This document shows positions 21,006 to 34,859 of a stretch of DNA of 64,000 nt, in pieces; the first letter of the stretch is position 1; every line of letters starts with the position of its first letter. The position numbers and the translations under genes were made by a program. Source of the DNA: Vicugna vicugna (lineage: Eukaryota); assembly GCA_013265495.1 (NCBI GenBank), contig MU057584.1, forward strand, positions 350,608 through 414,607, read 5' to 3'. The notes below the pieces were generated by a model. It did not search any database. It saw only the letters and a list, made by a program, of their open reading frames with translations, and was not told the DNA's origin.

Positions 21006-21777
21006 GGGGTGCCTGGCACCAAGATGCCAAGGCCAGACCTTGGGAACCAAAACCCAGCAGGGAGTCTGGTGAACTCCAGCCTGTCCTGACACACAGTGAA
21101 GAGTCCAGAGAGGTTGTCCCAGCCCCTCAAGGTTGCACAGGACAAGGGCAGCCAAAGGGCCTCACCAGTGCTGCTAACCACAGGCAGAATCTCCCTGAGT
21201 TCCCACAGTGACCTTCAGAAGCAGGTATCAGATACCCATTCCTCAGAAGAAGAAATAGAGCCCCCAGAGGTGAGATCACATTTCTGGAATTATCTCCTCT
21301 TCAGATCACAGTCTATACCCCTCCTCCTCTCCTTTCCTCTCACTCCAGTCTGGCCACACTGGCCTCTTGGCTATTGTTTGACCAAGCCACACAACTCCTG
21401 CCTCAGGGCCTTTGCACTGGCCATTCCCTCTGCCAGGAATGTTCTCACCATGGATATCTGAATCATTCCATTCAGATCTCTGCTCACATATCACCACCTC
21501 AGAGGGATACATACCCCCACCCAGAACACCGAATTTTATCTAGCTTTGTTCTTCAGAGCATTTATGACACACACACTCCACTTCATATTATGTATTTCAT
21601 TCTTCACTTGTTCATTATCTGTCTTTTCCACCAGACTGTGAGCTCCATGAGGCAGGACATTTATTTCTTGTCTATTACCTAAATCAGTGCTTCGTGCTCA
21701 GTAGGTGCTCAATAAATAGTCCTAGTAGTGATCAGGAGGCTTGCCCTACCAGATAACAAAACATACCATAGAGTGAT

Positions 21778-23523
21778 TGTATCAGTTGTCTACTGCTGCA
21801 TAACAAATTGCCCCAACATCAGCAGCTGTATTATCTCACAGTTTCTGTGAGTCAAGAATCCAAGAGTAACTTGGTTGGATTGTTCTGGCTCAGGGTCTCA
21901 TGTGAGGGTACAGTTAAGAGGTTGGCTGGGTCACAGTCATCAGAAGGTTTGGCTGGGGGTTGGAGGATCCACTTCCTAGCTCACTCACGTGGCTGTTGGC
22001 TGGCGGCCTCTGTCCCTTGCCACCCAGGCCTCTCTGTAGAAAGTTCATGATAAGGCAGCTGGTGATCCCATGGCGGGACAAGAAGGAAGCCACAGTGGTC
22101 TCAGAAATCACACACCTTCACTTCTGCTGTATTCTAGACTAGAAGCAAGTTGCTACATCCAGCCATATTCAAGGGGAGGGGGATTTGCTTCACTTCTGAG
22201 GGGAGGATCCTCTAAGAAGTTGTGGACAGATTTTTAAACCACCACAGCCATGATAAGTAGAGCAGTGTGGAAAGAGGGGAAAAACAACCGAGAAACAGCA
22301 AATGCTAGAGGGTATCTAAGTCAGCTTGAGCTGCCGTAACAAAATACCACGGATGGGATGGCTTGAACAACAGAAATTAATTTCTCACAGTTCAAAATGC
22401 TAGGAAGTCCAAGAGCAAGGTGCCAGCAGGTGGGTTTCAGTCTGAGGCCTCTCCTGTGGCTTGCAGGCACATCCATCTTGCCCAGTGCTCTTTGTGAGCT
22501 CGGAGGGAGAGAGAGCGGGCAAGCTGTCGGGTCTCTTCTTAGAAGGACACTAATCCTTTCAGCTCGGGGCCCCACCTTTAAGCATTTCCATAGAGGCCCC
22601 ATCTCCACGTACCGGTGCACAGTGGCGGGGGGAGGTTAGGGCTTCCACATGTGAATTTAAGGGAGACAAAAGCATTCGGTTCATAATCAGGGGAGACACA
22701 AGGGCAGAGTCACTGTCTGCATCCCCCAATTCCAAGAACAGTGCAAGGCAAACACTGGGTACTTGATAAATACTTGATAAGTGGATGGATGAATGAATTT
22801 GAACCGAAATATCTGTTGAGCCTAGACCCTCAGCAGGTCCTGCGTAAGGTCACAGGAACACATACTGAATGAGACATCTGGGATCCTGGCCTCACGGAGC
22901 TCACAGCCCAGACTGGAAGACAGGTGTTAACAGGTCATGACAAAGTCATCACAGAGCGTCATAATGCTCTGATGGAAAAGCGTGGGTTCTTGTATGTAAT
23001 GTAGGTGGAGGCTCCGAAGCAGCCTCCCAGAGGGGTGACATTTCAGGCGTGTGTGTTTCCTGTGACTGCCGAAACAAATTGCTACAAACTCAGTGGCTTA
23101 AAACAGCAGAAGTGCATTCTCTTACAGTTCTGGCAGGCAGAAGCTGGAAATACATCTTACAGGGCTAAAACCAATGTGTCCACGGGCCTGGTTCCTTCTG
23201 GAGGCTCCAGGGAAAAATTCGTTCCTTGTCTCTTCCAGCTTCTGGTGGTTGCCGGCGTCCCTCACCTGTGGTTGCACCCCACGTCTCTGCTTCTATTGTC
23301 ACAGCACTGTGTCTTCTGTAGCAAATCTTTCTCTGCTTCCTTCTTATAAGGATACTTGTGATAACATTTAGGGCCCACTCAGATCACGCAGTATAATCTC
23401 TCCATCTCAAGATCCTGAACTTCACCACCTCTGCGAAGTCCTTTTCATTATACAAGGTAATATTCGCAGGTCCCAGGGATTCCGACGTGGATATCTCGGG
23501 GGGGCATTAGTCGGCCTCTCACA
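21778..23523 (-). mobile_element. Cluster of three MaLR (MLT1-type) solo LTRs at ~21778-22245, ~22311-22690, ~23050-23523
   Basis: Each starts TGTAT..AGT..CT..TGC-like, then GGCTTAAA(C)AAC/TCTCACAGTTCT motifs typical of reverse-complemented MLT1 LTRs. Confidence 0.65.
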
Positions 23524-24247
23524 AGGTGAGACCTGAAAGATCAGAGGAGCTGGGTGGACAGTTGGTGGGGAGGAGGCACTGCAAACAGAAGGCACAGGAT
23601 GTACAAAGGCCCGGAGGCAGGAAAGAGGATTCGAGCTAGGGTGATGGGAGTGGAGCAAGTGTTGGGGAAGTGGAGAAGTTGAAGGCAGAGGGGAAACAGG
23701 GGCATGCAGGGCCTTGTAGGCTGCAGTAAGGACTTGGCCATTACCTCAAGTGAGGTGGGAGCCACAGGAGGGGTCTGAGCAGAGGCTGGACAGGCCCTGA
23801 CTCAGGTCTTAACAGGATCCCTCTGGCCCCCTGCTGGAAGAGACCATTGGAGGGAGACAGAAGAGCAGGGAACCCAGTGAGGAGGCAACAGCAGTGGCAG
23901 CAGCTGGACCAGGATGGTGGCCGTGGAGGTGGGGATGGACTTTGAAGGTGGAGCCAACAGCATTCACTGATGGGCTGGATTCAGTGTGAGGGAAGAGAGA
24001 AGTCCAGGGGTCTCTAAGCTCTTCCGCGAGCATGCGCAGGATGGAGCTGCCATTCGTGAGGCTGGAAGGCTGCAGGCAGAGCAGGATTGGAGGTAGGGCC
24101 AGTGACAGGGCAGACAGCCTGGACCCCACGGCATACAGGCTCTGGGAGGGAAGCTGGCACAAGCTGTGGACTGTGGTTTTTACCCACCTCCAGGGGCCCC
24201 TTATCCTCTCCCCCAACTTCCCCTCACGCCCGGGTGGAGCCAGCCTT

Positions 24248-25126
24248 GTTTGTTTCCCTCCCATCATCTGTTTTATGATGGGGAAGGCTGGTTTTCCCCT
24301 AACCCAGCAGACACCTCTTCCCTCTGCCTGTCCCTGACCCTCCCGCCTTGGGAAGCCCCGCGCTGGCCTCCTGAAATGTCCCGGCAGGATGGGGCCTCTG
24401 CCACCCATTCATATAGCCAGATGGGCCCCAAAAGGGGAAGTGGATCACCCACAGTCACCCGGCACACGGTCAGTTCAGGACCCAGGGTCTTGTCTCCTCG
24501 ATGTCCCTGGGAGGCTGGAGGAAGAACTACCCATTCTTTTCACATTTCTCATGAGAAAACTGGAGCTCCAGGAGGGCCCTGAGCTCACCCAAGACACGCT
24601 GCAAATGGGGGAGTCGAGATTGAAGCCCAGGTCTTGACAAAAGGATGTCTCTATTATAAGCTCTGCAGGAAGACAGTGGATGAACAAGTTTGTTTCCCTC
24701 CCATCATCTGTTTTATGATGGGGAAGGCTGGTTTTCCCCTAACCCAGCAGACACCTCTTCCCTCTGCCTGTCCCTGACCCTCCCGCCTTGGGAAGCCCCG
24801 CGCTGGCCTCCTGAAATGTCCCGGCAGGATGGGGCCTCTGCCACCCATTCATATAGCCAGATGGGCCCCAAAAGGGGAAGTGGATCACCCACAGTCACCC
24901 GGCACACGGTCAGTTCAGGACCCAGGGTCTTGTCTCCTCGATGTCCCTGGGAGGCTGGAGGAAGAACTACCCATTCTTTTCACATTTCTCATGAGAAAAC
25001 TGGAGCTCCAGGAGGGCCCTGAGCTCACCCAAGACACGCTGCAAATGGGGGAGTCGAGATTGAAGCCCAGGTCTTGACAAAAGGATGTCTCTATTATAAG
25101 CTCTGCAGGAAGACAGTGGATGAACA
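24248..25126. repeat. Perfect direct tandem duplication, 2 x 439 bp, separated by one A (24687)
   Basis: 24248-24686 is identical to 24688-25126 by line-by-line comparison. Confidence 0.97.
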
Positions 25127-26035
25127 GAACCCAGTCCCGTCCTTCCAGGACCCAGTAGGGGAGACAGACTTGTCACAGACAGTGACAACCCAGCATTGGT
25201 CAGGGATGAGATTGGGGGAGCCCAGGAGGCCAGGTTGGGGAATGCCTGACCCAGGGGGTCAGGGAGTGCTTCCTGGAGGAAGGGGTGGCCCACTGAGACC
25301 TAGAAGATGAGCGGGAGTTAATACGTGCAAATGTTCCAGGAAGAAGGAACAGCATATACAAAGGCTCAGGATTAAGAGGAAACCTGGAAGCTTCTAAATC
25401 TGACCTTGTCCCTCCTCTGATTAAACTCTCCTCTGGCTGCCCTGGCAAACTCTTTAGCCTGGCATTCATTCATTTAATCAAACAAACATTCCCTGGAGTA
25501 TGTAGCTAGTGTCAGGCTCTGTAGGGACATAGCACTCCCCATAAGACTGTAACCCTGACTTGGGGAGGTCAAGGAGGGGCTCCTGGAGGAGGAGGCATCT
25601 ACTCCAAGATCTGAAGGAGGAGTACAAGAGATGCTGGGGAAGAGGCAGGGAAGGGTGTTCCAGGCAAAAGGAACAGCCTGTGCAAAGGCCTGAAGGTAGG
25701 TTCTGAGCCTGACATGCTCAAAAATCTACTCATGTTCAGCTGAAGCACAGGGCGGTCTGGGAGAGGCTAGAGAGGCCAGCCTTGGGGCCCTCGTACGGGC
25801 TTCCTTCTCAGGCACTGGGGAGCCATGGAGAAGTTGTGAGCAGAGAGACAGGAGCAGACTTATAGGTCAGAAAGACCCCTCCCCCCAGAACACCTGGAGG
25901 ATGAGCACAGTGAAGCCGCAGAATTACAGATGGGTTTCTTTTTTTCGGGGGGCGGGAGGAACTTGCACCTAGGGGTTCACGTCCTCGGGGGCCTCAGCTT
26001 TCCTCCAGCTCTGGATGGGAGGCCTGGTCCATAGA

Positions 26036-26052
26036 TGCCACTAGGTGGCGCC
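26036..26052 (+). promoter_or_regulatory. CTCF motif candidate
   Basis: TGCCACTAGGTGGCGCC matches the CTCF core CCASYAGRKGGCRS. Confidence 0.65.
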
Positions 26053-27719
26053 AGTACCTCAGCATCCAGATCTGAGCTCACAAAAGACGTCAGGCCCAGA
26101 GCCCCGCAGAATTGCCCTTGGATCCCCCAAATCCTTTGCCTCCCTGGCCCTTGGTCGTGGCCCCCTCCAGAGCTGGAGCTGACTAACAGTGGCATTTCAA
26201 GCATTCAGGTGCTGCTTGGACTCTGGCGGCTCAGGAAAGAGCGGGCTGAGCTGGAGCAAACATTTTCTCTCATCACATCGGAAGCTCAGGCTGGAGCATC
26301 TTGCTTCCCCCTGGGGAGCACAGAGAGCGGGGCAGGATGAGGGGGCGTCGAGGAGGAGTTTCTACCTCCCCCTTCAAACTGGGGCTGGGGCTACCTGCCT
26401 CCTCCCTCAGACTAGAAACTAACCATCTCACACATCAGAATGGGCCCTCCTAACCTCCCCCAGCGGACTGGAAATGCAGACTAGACACCTGCTCTCTATC
26501 CAGGGAGCTGGGACTTATCTTTATCCTGTTTGGGAAATCCTGTCTCCCTCATCAGACTTAATGAGAGCTCTTTATCGTCTCCGTCAGGGTGGAGCTCCTT
26601 GTCTCCCCCATCAGACTGAGGAAACCTTTGTATCCCAGTCCGACCAGAAGGGAAGATGCCTGAGGGTCCTTCTTGTGTCCCTGGAAGGAGCCCCACCCAT
26701 TTTACCGAGAGGGAAACTGAGGCACATGGCAACGAGGCGGCACCACGGAACTGCAGATGCTCCCCTTCCCCCATGGCCCCTTTCTCCGCACCTGCCTTCT
26801 GCCCTCCGCGCCCTGGGTAACTCCCCTGGCACCGGGAGTAGGGGAATTTTGCCTGCTGGCCTCCGCACTGCTTGCTTGACTTTTATTGACCTGGGCGGTG
26901 GCTGGGGATAAAGTCCAGAACTGGGCTTGGGGCTCTGGGCAGGGAGGGAGGGAGGGGTGGTGGCCTAACCCTGCCTGAGGCCGCTGCTGGAGGGCAGCCG
27001 GGAGGGTAGGGGATGGACAGGGCTGCATCCTGGCCTTTCTTAGGGAAATGGTTGTGGGTTCAAATCTCCATACTCCAGTTCCCAATTGTGTGACCTTGGA
27101 CTGGGAACTTTGCAGCCTCTCCAAGCCTCAGTTTCCCCAGCTGTGAAAAGGGGATACTTCTCTGGGTGGTTGTGAAGATTCGCTGAGTTCAGGTATGAGA
27201 TACTCCTAGGATGCTAGCTGACATTGACCCCAGAAGTCAGCACAGACCCCACCATCTCCCTTTCCCAGGAAGTTAGCTCCTAAATCTCTGGAATGGGTGT
27301 TCATCACCCCTCCCTCACGTACCCTCTCCACCCAAGCCACCTGCTGGCTCGAGGCAAAGCTGATCTCCCTGCACAGTCAGAGTGGTCTTTCCAAAACTCA
27401 ACCCTGACCCCTGCTCAGAACCTGCTGTGGCTCCCCAGTGCTCTCAGGAGAAAACCCAAGGGCTGTTCCAGGGCTCCAGGCTTACTGGGCACCATGTGGC
27501 CTGACCCCTGCCTGTGTCCATCCTCCTTTCTGTTTTGCTAAAAGATCTTGGCACTGGCCGCCTTCAAATACTTCCTCAGCTGCTTAAGGCCTCAGCTAAA
27601 ACATCAGGTCCCCAAGGATGTTTTCTCTGATCTCCGCAAACCAAGCCTGGTCCTCTCACTCCTCCCCGTCCTGGTTCCCTGGGCTTCTTGCCCCACCCCC
27701 CAACACAGGTAGAAGTATT

Positions 27720-28440
27720 GGGATATCCACCTTCAAACTAGCTTCTGAATCCAGCCACTTCTCTTCACAGCTGCACCCAACCTGACGCAGCCACCACCAC
27801 ATCACCTATGGCCCGGACCTCTGCAGTCTCCTCCTCACTGGGCTCCCTGCCTCTGTCCCTGCCCTGCCTGCAAAGGGAAACCCTTGCAGCCAGAGAGACT
27901 CTGTTAAATCTTAAGTCAGGTCACATCTCTCCCCTGCTCAGAACCCTCCCATGGCCCCCATCTCCCTCTGAGTGAAACCAAAGTCTTGGCAGTGGCCCAC
28001 AGGACCCGAACAATCTGTCCCACCCTCCCTTGTCCTTGGGCTCTCGTCTTCCCAATCTCTCTTCCACTTTCCCCACTGCTCACTCTACTCCAGCAACCAG
28101 CCTCAAACAGCCAGTATAATCCACCTCAGGGCCTTTGCACTTGCTGTTCTCTCAGCCTGGAACACTCTTCCCACTGATGTCCAGATGGCTTCTTCTCTTC
28201 CCTCCTTCACATCTTTGCCCAAATGTCACTCCTGATGAGGGCCTCCTGATTTTAAAAACACTTTAAACCACTCCCCACTCTCCCACCCCACCCTACCCCC
28301 AGTCACTTGCCAGTTTTATTTTTCTCCATAGCGAATACTTGACATTGTCTACATTTTCCTTGTCTTATTGACAATCTGTCTCAGGACACAACTCCCCAGG
28401 GGTCCGATCTTATTTGTTCACCACCAGAACCAGGCCTGAA
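27720..28440 (+). mobile_element. L2 LINE fragment
   Basis: AATCCAGCCACTTCTC...CTCAGAACCCTCCCATGGC...CTCAGGGCCTTTGCACTTGCTGTTC. Confidence 0.65.
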
Positions 28441-28939
28441 ATACCTGTTGGTGGAGTGGATGGAATGTATGTGTCTATTTTGAACCAGTAAGACATTCAC
28501 AAGTTTCAAAATCCAAAAAGCACAAAATAGAATTGAGATGTGGTCTATCTACTTGACCTCTGCTCCAACCCCTCCCAATCCTGTTCCCACCTCCCAGTTT
28601 CTGCTCTTACCAGCTTCTTGTGTTTATTCCAGAGATAGTCTGTGAATAGACCAGAAAATATGTACACATATTTCTTTCCCCTCCCCTCTTTCCACAAATG
28701 CACACATTCATCCTGTTCTGGACTTTCCTTCTAGCAATTTGTCTAGGAGATCACACCACATCAGCCCAGAACTGCCTCCTCTTTTCTTTTTTTTTTTTTT
28801 TAAGCAACTGCATGGTGTGACCAAAGGGGAAAGAGCTTTTGTTGCAATCATTTACAGGAGCCCTGTGGCTTGGTGTCAAGAGCTCAGCCCGGTCTCACAA
28901 ACCCAGACTCACATCCTAGTTCTGCAATCAGAACTCTCC

Positions 28940-29830
28940 TGAGCTGCTGGTGAGCCTGCAAAGCAGAGGGGCCACTTTGGAAAACAGTTTGCCAATCTCT
29001 CCAGAGGTGAAATATACACTTCCCAGGCCCAACCCAGCAATTTCAATCCTTGGGTATTTGCCCAAGAGAAAAGCGAACTTAGGGTCACATATAAACCTGT
29101 ACACGCGTGTTTATAGCCACTCTCTGCAGAATGGGCAACAGCTGGAAATGACCCAGGTGTTCTTCAGCTGGTAGATGGATAAGCCAACTGTGGTCCATCC
29201 ACGCATGGTCATGAAACGCAGCACGCTTCTGTTGCACACGACCACGTGGATGAATCTCAGATGAGTTAAGCTAAGTGAGAGGCTAGACTCACAAATCTCT
29301 GTTATTCTATTTATAAGACTTTCTGAAAAAGGCCACTCAGTAGGGACAGAAAGCAGATCAGTGGTTGTGGGGGCGGGACGGGGGAGGGTGTGACCACAGA
29401 GGGCCAGCAGCAGGGGGTTTTGGGGGTAATGGAAAAATCTGCATTTTGATTCTGGTGGTGGCTACCTTACTGCACGCATGGCACAAAGCTTATAGAACAG
29501 GATGCCAAAAAGAGTAAATTTGACTGTATTCAAATTTTTTAATGAATTTTTCTAAAAAGCTGCATAATGTATGATACCATTTATGTGATATTCTGAAAAA
29601 GCAGAAACAACAGGGATAAAAAACAGATCAGTGGCTGCCAGGGATTGGGGATGGAGGGAGGGTTTGACTGGAGGGGCATGGGGGTAGTTTGGGGACGATG
29701 GAAGTGTTCTATATCTCGAGTGTGATGATACGACTGTAAACTTTTATCAGAACTCATCCCTCGCACCACGTACACTGAGTGCATTCTGTTGTATGTAAAT
29801 TATGTCTCAATAAAGTTGATTTTAAAAAGC
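28940..29830 (+). mobile_element. Ancient L1 3' fragments
   Basis: GCCACTTTGGAAAACAGTTTG...CCCAGCAATTTCAATCCTTGGGTATTT...TATGTAAATTATGTCTCAATAAAGTTG. Confidence 0.7.
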
Positions 29831-31991
29831 CTATTTCCCCCAGCCCTTCCATGGCTGTGTGACCTTAGGCAAAGCCCCTAACCTCTCTGTGCCTCAGGGG
29901 AAGGAGTAGGGAGTTGGGGAGATGGGTCCTGAAGTCTGGGGTCTCACAGTGGGTACACAGGTACATGGGTACATGCAAGAAATGTTTACAAATAAAACAG
30001 GCTTTATGAGACTTTAGGGTAGAACTGGGGACACGAGAGCTGAGCTGCTGTCAATGGCTACTGTGTCTCAGGAGGGCAGGTCCTGAGCTGAGCACCATCG
30101 GACCTTACCTGAGTCCCTTTGAACCACTGGGCACACCTGTTGACCTAGAAAAGCGAAGAGAGCCATCCCAGGGTCCCAGAGGAATGGCATCCCGAGTGCA
30201 CAATTCAGAGCATTGTAAGACAGCCTCTTTCAATAGTCAGGTGGAGCTGATGGACCTGTTCCCTGAGATCTCAGCTGTTCCAGGGAGTGTTTGGACGAGC
30301 ACAGCCCTGGCCTGCCCTCACAGGCTCACACATAGGGGAGATTGAGCTGCCCCCAGACAGCGACATCTCCGAATGGTTGGGGCTTCGAGTTGGGGAATCC
30401 AGAGAGGGACACCTGACCCAGCCTACAGAAAGAAATCAGGGAGGACTTCCTGGAGAACAGGCTGCCAGAGCTGAGACATGATATGTAGTTTGAACCCCTC
30501 CTGTGTGTCCTGGTCTGGATCTCGATGGACGAGACGGGTTTTTGAGGCTGAAGTTAAAGGGGCATGTGTGGGCAGGAGGGTTGGGGGAGAGGCCACGGCT
30601 AAAAGCAGGGGTGTGGGTGGGGGCAGGGCAGGGGGAGATAAGGCAGAGGGAGGTGGTGCCTGGTTCAAGGCCGCATGGCAGGAGCCTGGACTTTCTCTGG
30701 CTGACACCCTAGCACCCTAGGTGGGAACAGCTTACTTAAGATCCATTCACCTGCGCAGGGAGGATGAGCCGGGAAGAGGTCGGGAGGGTGAGGAGGGAGG
30801 TGATGGATATGAGAAGTAGGGGTAACAAGCAGGGTGAGAAGACAGAGGTTTTGTCTTTTCAGTCCCACATGAGACACTACCAAGAGCTAGGAGGCCTCCA
30901 CCAATGGAATGTCCTCATTTCTAAAACTTGAACACAGTCAGCCTTAGGAACTACACGTGATAAAAACGCATCCTTGGCAAATCTAAGACTCTCTGGCCTG
31001 ATAAGTCTTCATCTTTTAAATTCTGTTAGCCTTTGCTCCTGAGGTTCCACAATTGCAAGTTTCTTTGATCCTTTGAGGCTCAGATCCATTCAGGAAATAT
31101 TTATTGAGCTTCCATCCTGTTGGAGGTGCCAAGGACACAGAAAAGAACAAGATGGATGAAATTCCTGCCTGAGGGGAAATCACATTTACGGAGCGCTCAC
31201 TATGCACCGGGCTCAGTTCTCAGTGTGCATATAATTCAATCCTTGAATCCTGTCCCCAATCCTCTGAGTCAGAGACTTGAATAATCCCTGTGACACAAAC
31301 AAGGAAACTGAGGCACAGGATTCTGGAATGTCTAGTTCCTTAAAGTCTGGGACTCTAAAATTCTTTGCCACTAAGATTCTAAGTTTCTAGAGCTTTTTGT
31401 CTTGAACATTATGTTGTGCTTGGATTCCAGTGGACAGTGGATACAGGAAAGGGTGCTCAACTTCATTCCTGAGCAAGGAATTGCAAATTATAACCACCAG
31501 AAGATACACACACACACACACACACATACACACACACACACCAGGATGACTTGTATTTCAAAAGTCTGACCAGATCCAGTGCCAACAAAGATGTGGGGCA
31601 GATAGAACTCAAAGCAGCAAAGTAGATGGGAGTGAAAATCAGTGCAAAGCCGTGCGGCCGTATCTTTCCACAGCTGGACCGCTGCAACCCAATGCCCCAA
31701 CTCTACCACTCTTGGATAACGCAGAAAAGTGCGTGGGCTTGGAGGCACCAGGGGATGCACAGAGCATCGTCCAAAGAGTCAGAATCGAGAGACCGCTCAC
31801 ATGCCCACCAACAGGAGAACAGATGAAGAAATTATAGTTTTCCAGGCCAGAGAATGATAGACCCAAAGTCACGGAAATGAAGGCACTCCAACAGATGAAA
31901 GAACATGCATGAACCTCACAGACATAAAATGCAATGCAAGGAGCCAGATTCAAGAGGTTGCACTGAAAGATCCTCTTTATTAAGAACTGAA

Positions 31992-32150
31992 GGAGGGGAA
32001 GGGTATAGCTCAGTGGTAGAGCACATGCTTAGCATGCACGAGGTCCTGGGTTCAATCCCCAGCACCTCTGTTAAAATACATACATACATACATACATACA
32101 TACATACATACATACATACTTCCCCCTCCAGAAAGAAAGAAAGAAAACTG
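31992..32150 (+). mobile_element. tRNA-derived SINE (Vic-1 type) with (TACA)n microsatellite tail
   Basis: GGGGAAGGGTATAGCTCAGTGGTAGAGCACATGCTTAGCATGCACGAGGTCCTGGGTTCAATCCCCAG followed by ~10 TACA units. Confidence 0.88.
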
Positions 32151-34859
32151 TAGTGGTCAGGTGTGTATTCACAGGGAGTAAAAGGAAAGCAATAAAAACA
32201 TAAAAGAATATGGGTTACCTTGAGGGAGGGAGAGAGTTGTGATTTGGAAGAGGCCTGAAGGGGCTTCCGAGGAATCAGCAGAACCATTTCTGAACCTAAC
32301 TGCTCTCTTTATAATCGTTCGTGAAGTGGAACATTGCATTTTATGCATTTCTCCACATCATATTTCCTAATTTAGAAATATATATATATATATATATTAT
32401 TTTACATCCCATGATTCCACCATCTCTTCATTGCTCCTCAGATGACTTGGTTCTCCAGGGGGGGCAAAATTCCTGAGCCCAGAGGCAGGAGGGTGTGGTG
32501 GGAACCCACATAAGAAAATTTGGGATCTGAAACTCACGATAATGATTTGATTTTTCCCAGAAGTGAGCCAATGTTCCGCGGCTATGTGACCACAGGAGGC
32601 TGAAGTGACAAGTTGAGAGGTGGGTGATGTCCCCAAGGAGATGCCACAGCCAACTCCCACCCCACCTCCCACAGAGCCTGATGGTAACAGCTCCTCTGGA
32701 CACCCCCTCTCACCAGCCGGCCCATAGCCAGTGCAAACTCACAGAGGCCTGGCGCCAGCCCCACACTTTCAGATGGAGAAACTGAGCCTGCCTGGGGTTG
32801 AGCAGCTGGGAGGCTGCCGTGCGGAGATTTGCTTCCAGCTGGCGACCTGATTCCACCAGGCAGGGCAGTGGTGACATGTCTGCCATGGGAAAGTCTGGCA
32901 GGGCAGGGGTAGCCCCAGCCAGGACGGTGGTTTGGGACAGGGAAGATGAGTCCACTGTGGCCCCAGCTCAAATGAGGAAGGGCCTGGCATGACCTGGCTT
33001 TCCCAGGAGCCTGGGGAACTTTTGCATCTGTGTTTTTAAGCCTTAGTGGCTGCAGGGGAGGTTGTGGCCTCAGGCTGGGGAGGCACCGACTTCCAGGGAA
33101 AAGGCTAGATTTTCAGGGAAGGTGCTGTCCCTTCCTCTGGGATGGGCTCTGTGCTCTGCCCTGGGGAGGTGGGCTTGGGAAGGGGGGCCCCAGTTCATTG
33201 AGGGAGGCTCACACCTTCTCAGGGAGTGGCTAGGCTGATGGGAGACGCAGGCCACAACTTCCTCCTGGGTAATTCATAGCTTATATTTTAATACTGCGGA
33301 CAAGACTTAAGCTCATTAAGCACTCTTAGTAAGATGGCCGATTCAAGCTCAGGACTCAGGCTCACCCTCAGGGAGCTTTAGCATGATGGTGGAGGCATGC
33401 CCACCTTCTTCAGGAAGCTCTAGTCTAATACTCATCCAAACGTCCCCTGGGAGGGAGGCAAACTTGTCCACCTCCATTGAGAACCATGTACAAGACAGAT
33501 GATGGAAGCACACTGCCTCCTCATTCAGGAGCTCCTAGTCTAACAAGAGGCGTGCCCAGCCACCACCAAAGGGAGTTTCAAGCCTGAGAGAGGAGGCATT
33601 GCCCGCACGCACGTAGAGATATCTAATCCGCGAAGTCACACTCATTCTCAGGGAGCGTCTGATCTGATGGAGGAGGAAGGCCCCAAGGCAAACCTGCAAA
33701 GGAACCCCTGCACTGATGCGGAACGTGTCCCCACCTCAGGGACCTCCCAGTCTGGTGGTGGTGGCCTTCCTCCCCGCCTTGGGGAGCTCTAATCTGCGGA
33801 GGGAGGCAGTCCCCGCAACCAGCACCTGCCCTCCCCGCCCAGCCCTCTTTCTTGCACACCCTTCCCCTTCTCTGGTTGACAGAATGAGCAGGGCAGAGGC
33901 CTCCCCCTTCCCACCTCCACGGTGTATCCTAGAATCAGGGAACTTCTCCAGGAGACACCACACTTTCCCAGCCCTGGGGCTTCCCTTTATTTGTCAGCCT
34001 GCGAGCAGGACCTCAACGGGGGTCAAACACGCCCGCCAAGCAGACCCCTGCTCACCTCCCCTGTCATGGCGCTCACAGCGGTGACACCACCTGGCTACTG
34101 AGCATCCAGTGAGCCGGGCTCAGCGGGGCTCCCCACGCCTGACCTCGCCAGTGCCCTGCCCGGGAAGGGAGGGGCCCATCCCCTCTTTGCAGACCAGGCT
34201 CAGAGGGCAAAGCACTTGGCAGCAGCCACATGGCTGGGAACTGGCAAAGTGGAAGGCAGACCCAGATTCGACTTGTCTCAGCTTTCTGGATAAGGAAGAC
34301 GAAGGCAACAGTTCCTAAGGCGCTGTAGCTGACTCACCGGATCCTTTCAGCCGTCATGTTATCATCCTCATGACTCAGAGGGGGAAACTGAGGCCCAGAG
34401 AGATCAGATGCCACTCCAAAGCCACTCAGGCAGAGCCGATACTCCCACTCAGTTGTCTGACTCCCAAGTGCCTTGTCATGGATGTGGTCCTCCAGAAAGC
34501 AGACACTGAGAGGTAGGAGGGCAAAAGGTTTATGTGAGAAAGGGGAGGGAGGGCAGGATTGGGCAAGAGAACCATCAGGCCATGATGCCAGCCCAAAAGG
34601 GAGCCCCTGAAGCAAAGATTGCATTAGAGGAATCCCACAGTGGCCGGAAACGGCCAGACCACCCCCCCCCATCCTGCCAGGCTCTTTCAATGGCTGGAGG
34701 CTGCCCAGGGGACTTTGCCCCCGACTGACACACTGAGGCAGCCCTTGAAGGAGCCAACTGTTGAGGCTGTCAGCCACCTACACGCCTGGCAGCTGGGTCA
34801 CAAGTCCTTTCTTCAAAGGGGATCCAAGCAGTGTGCCTCTGTGGCAACACTCCCATACT

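Noticed and set aside
26811..26820. CCCTGGGTAA resembling a CEACAM16 terminal exon
   Set aside because: It has no AG acceptor and is 12.8 kb from the N2 exon. The 15564 exon has a proper acceptor and frame.
31992..32070. tRNA-Ala-like sequence (and four other copies)
   Set aside because: The copies are diverged, have A/T-rich tails and TSDs, and lack a clean acceptor stem. They are SINE heads, not tRNA genes.
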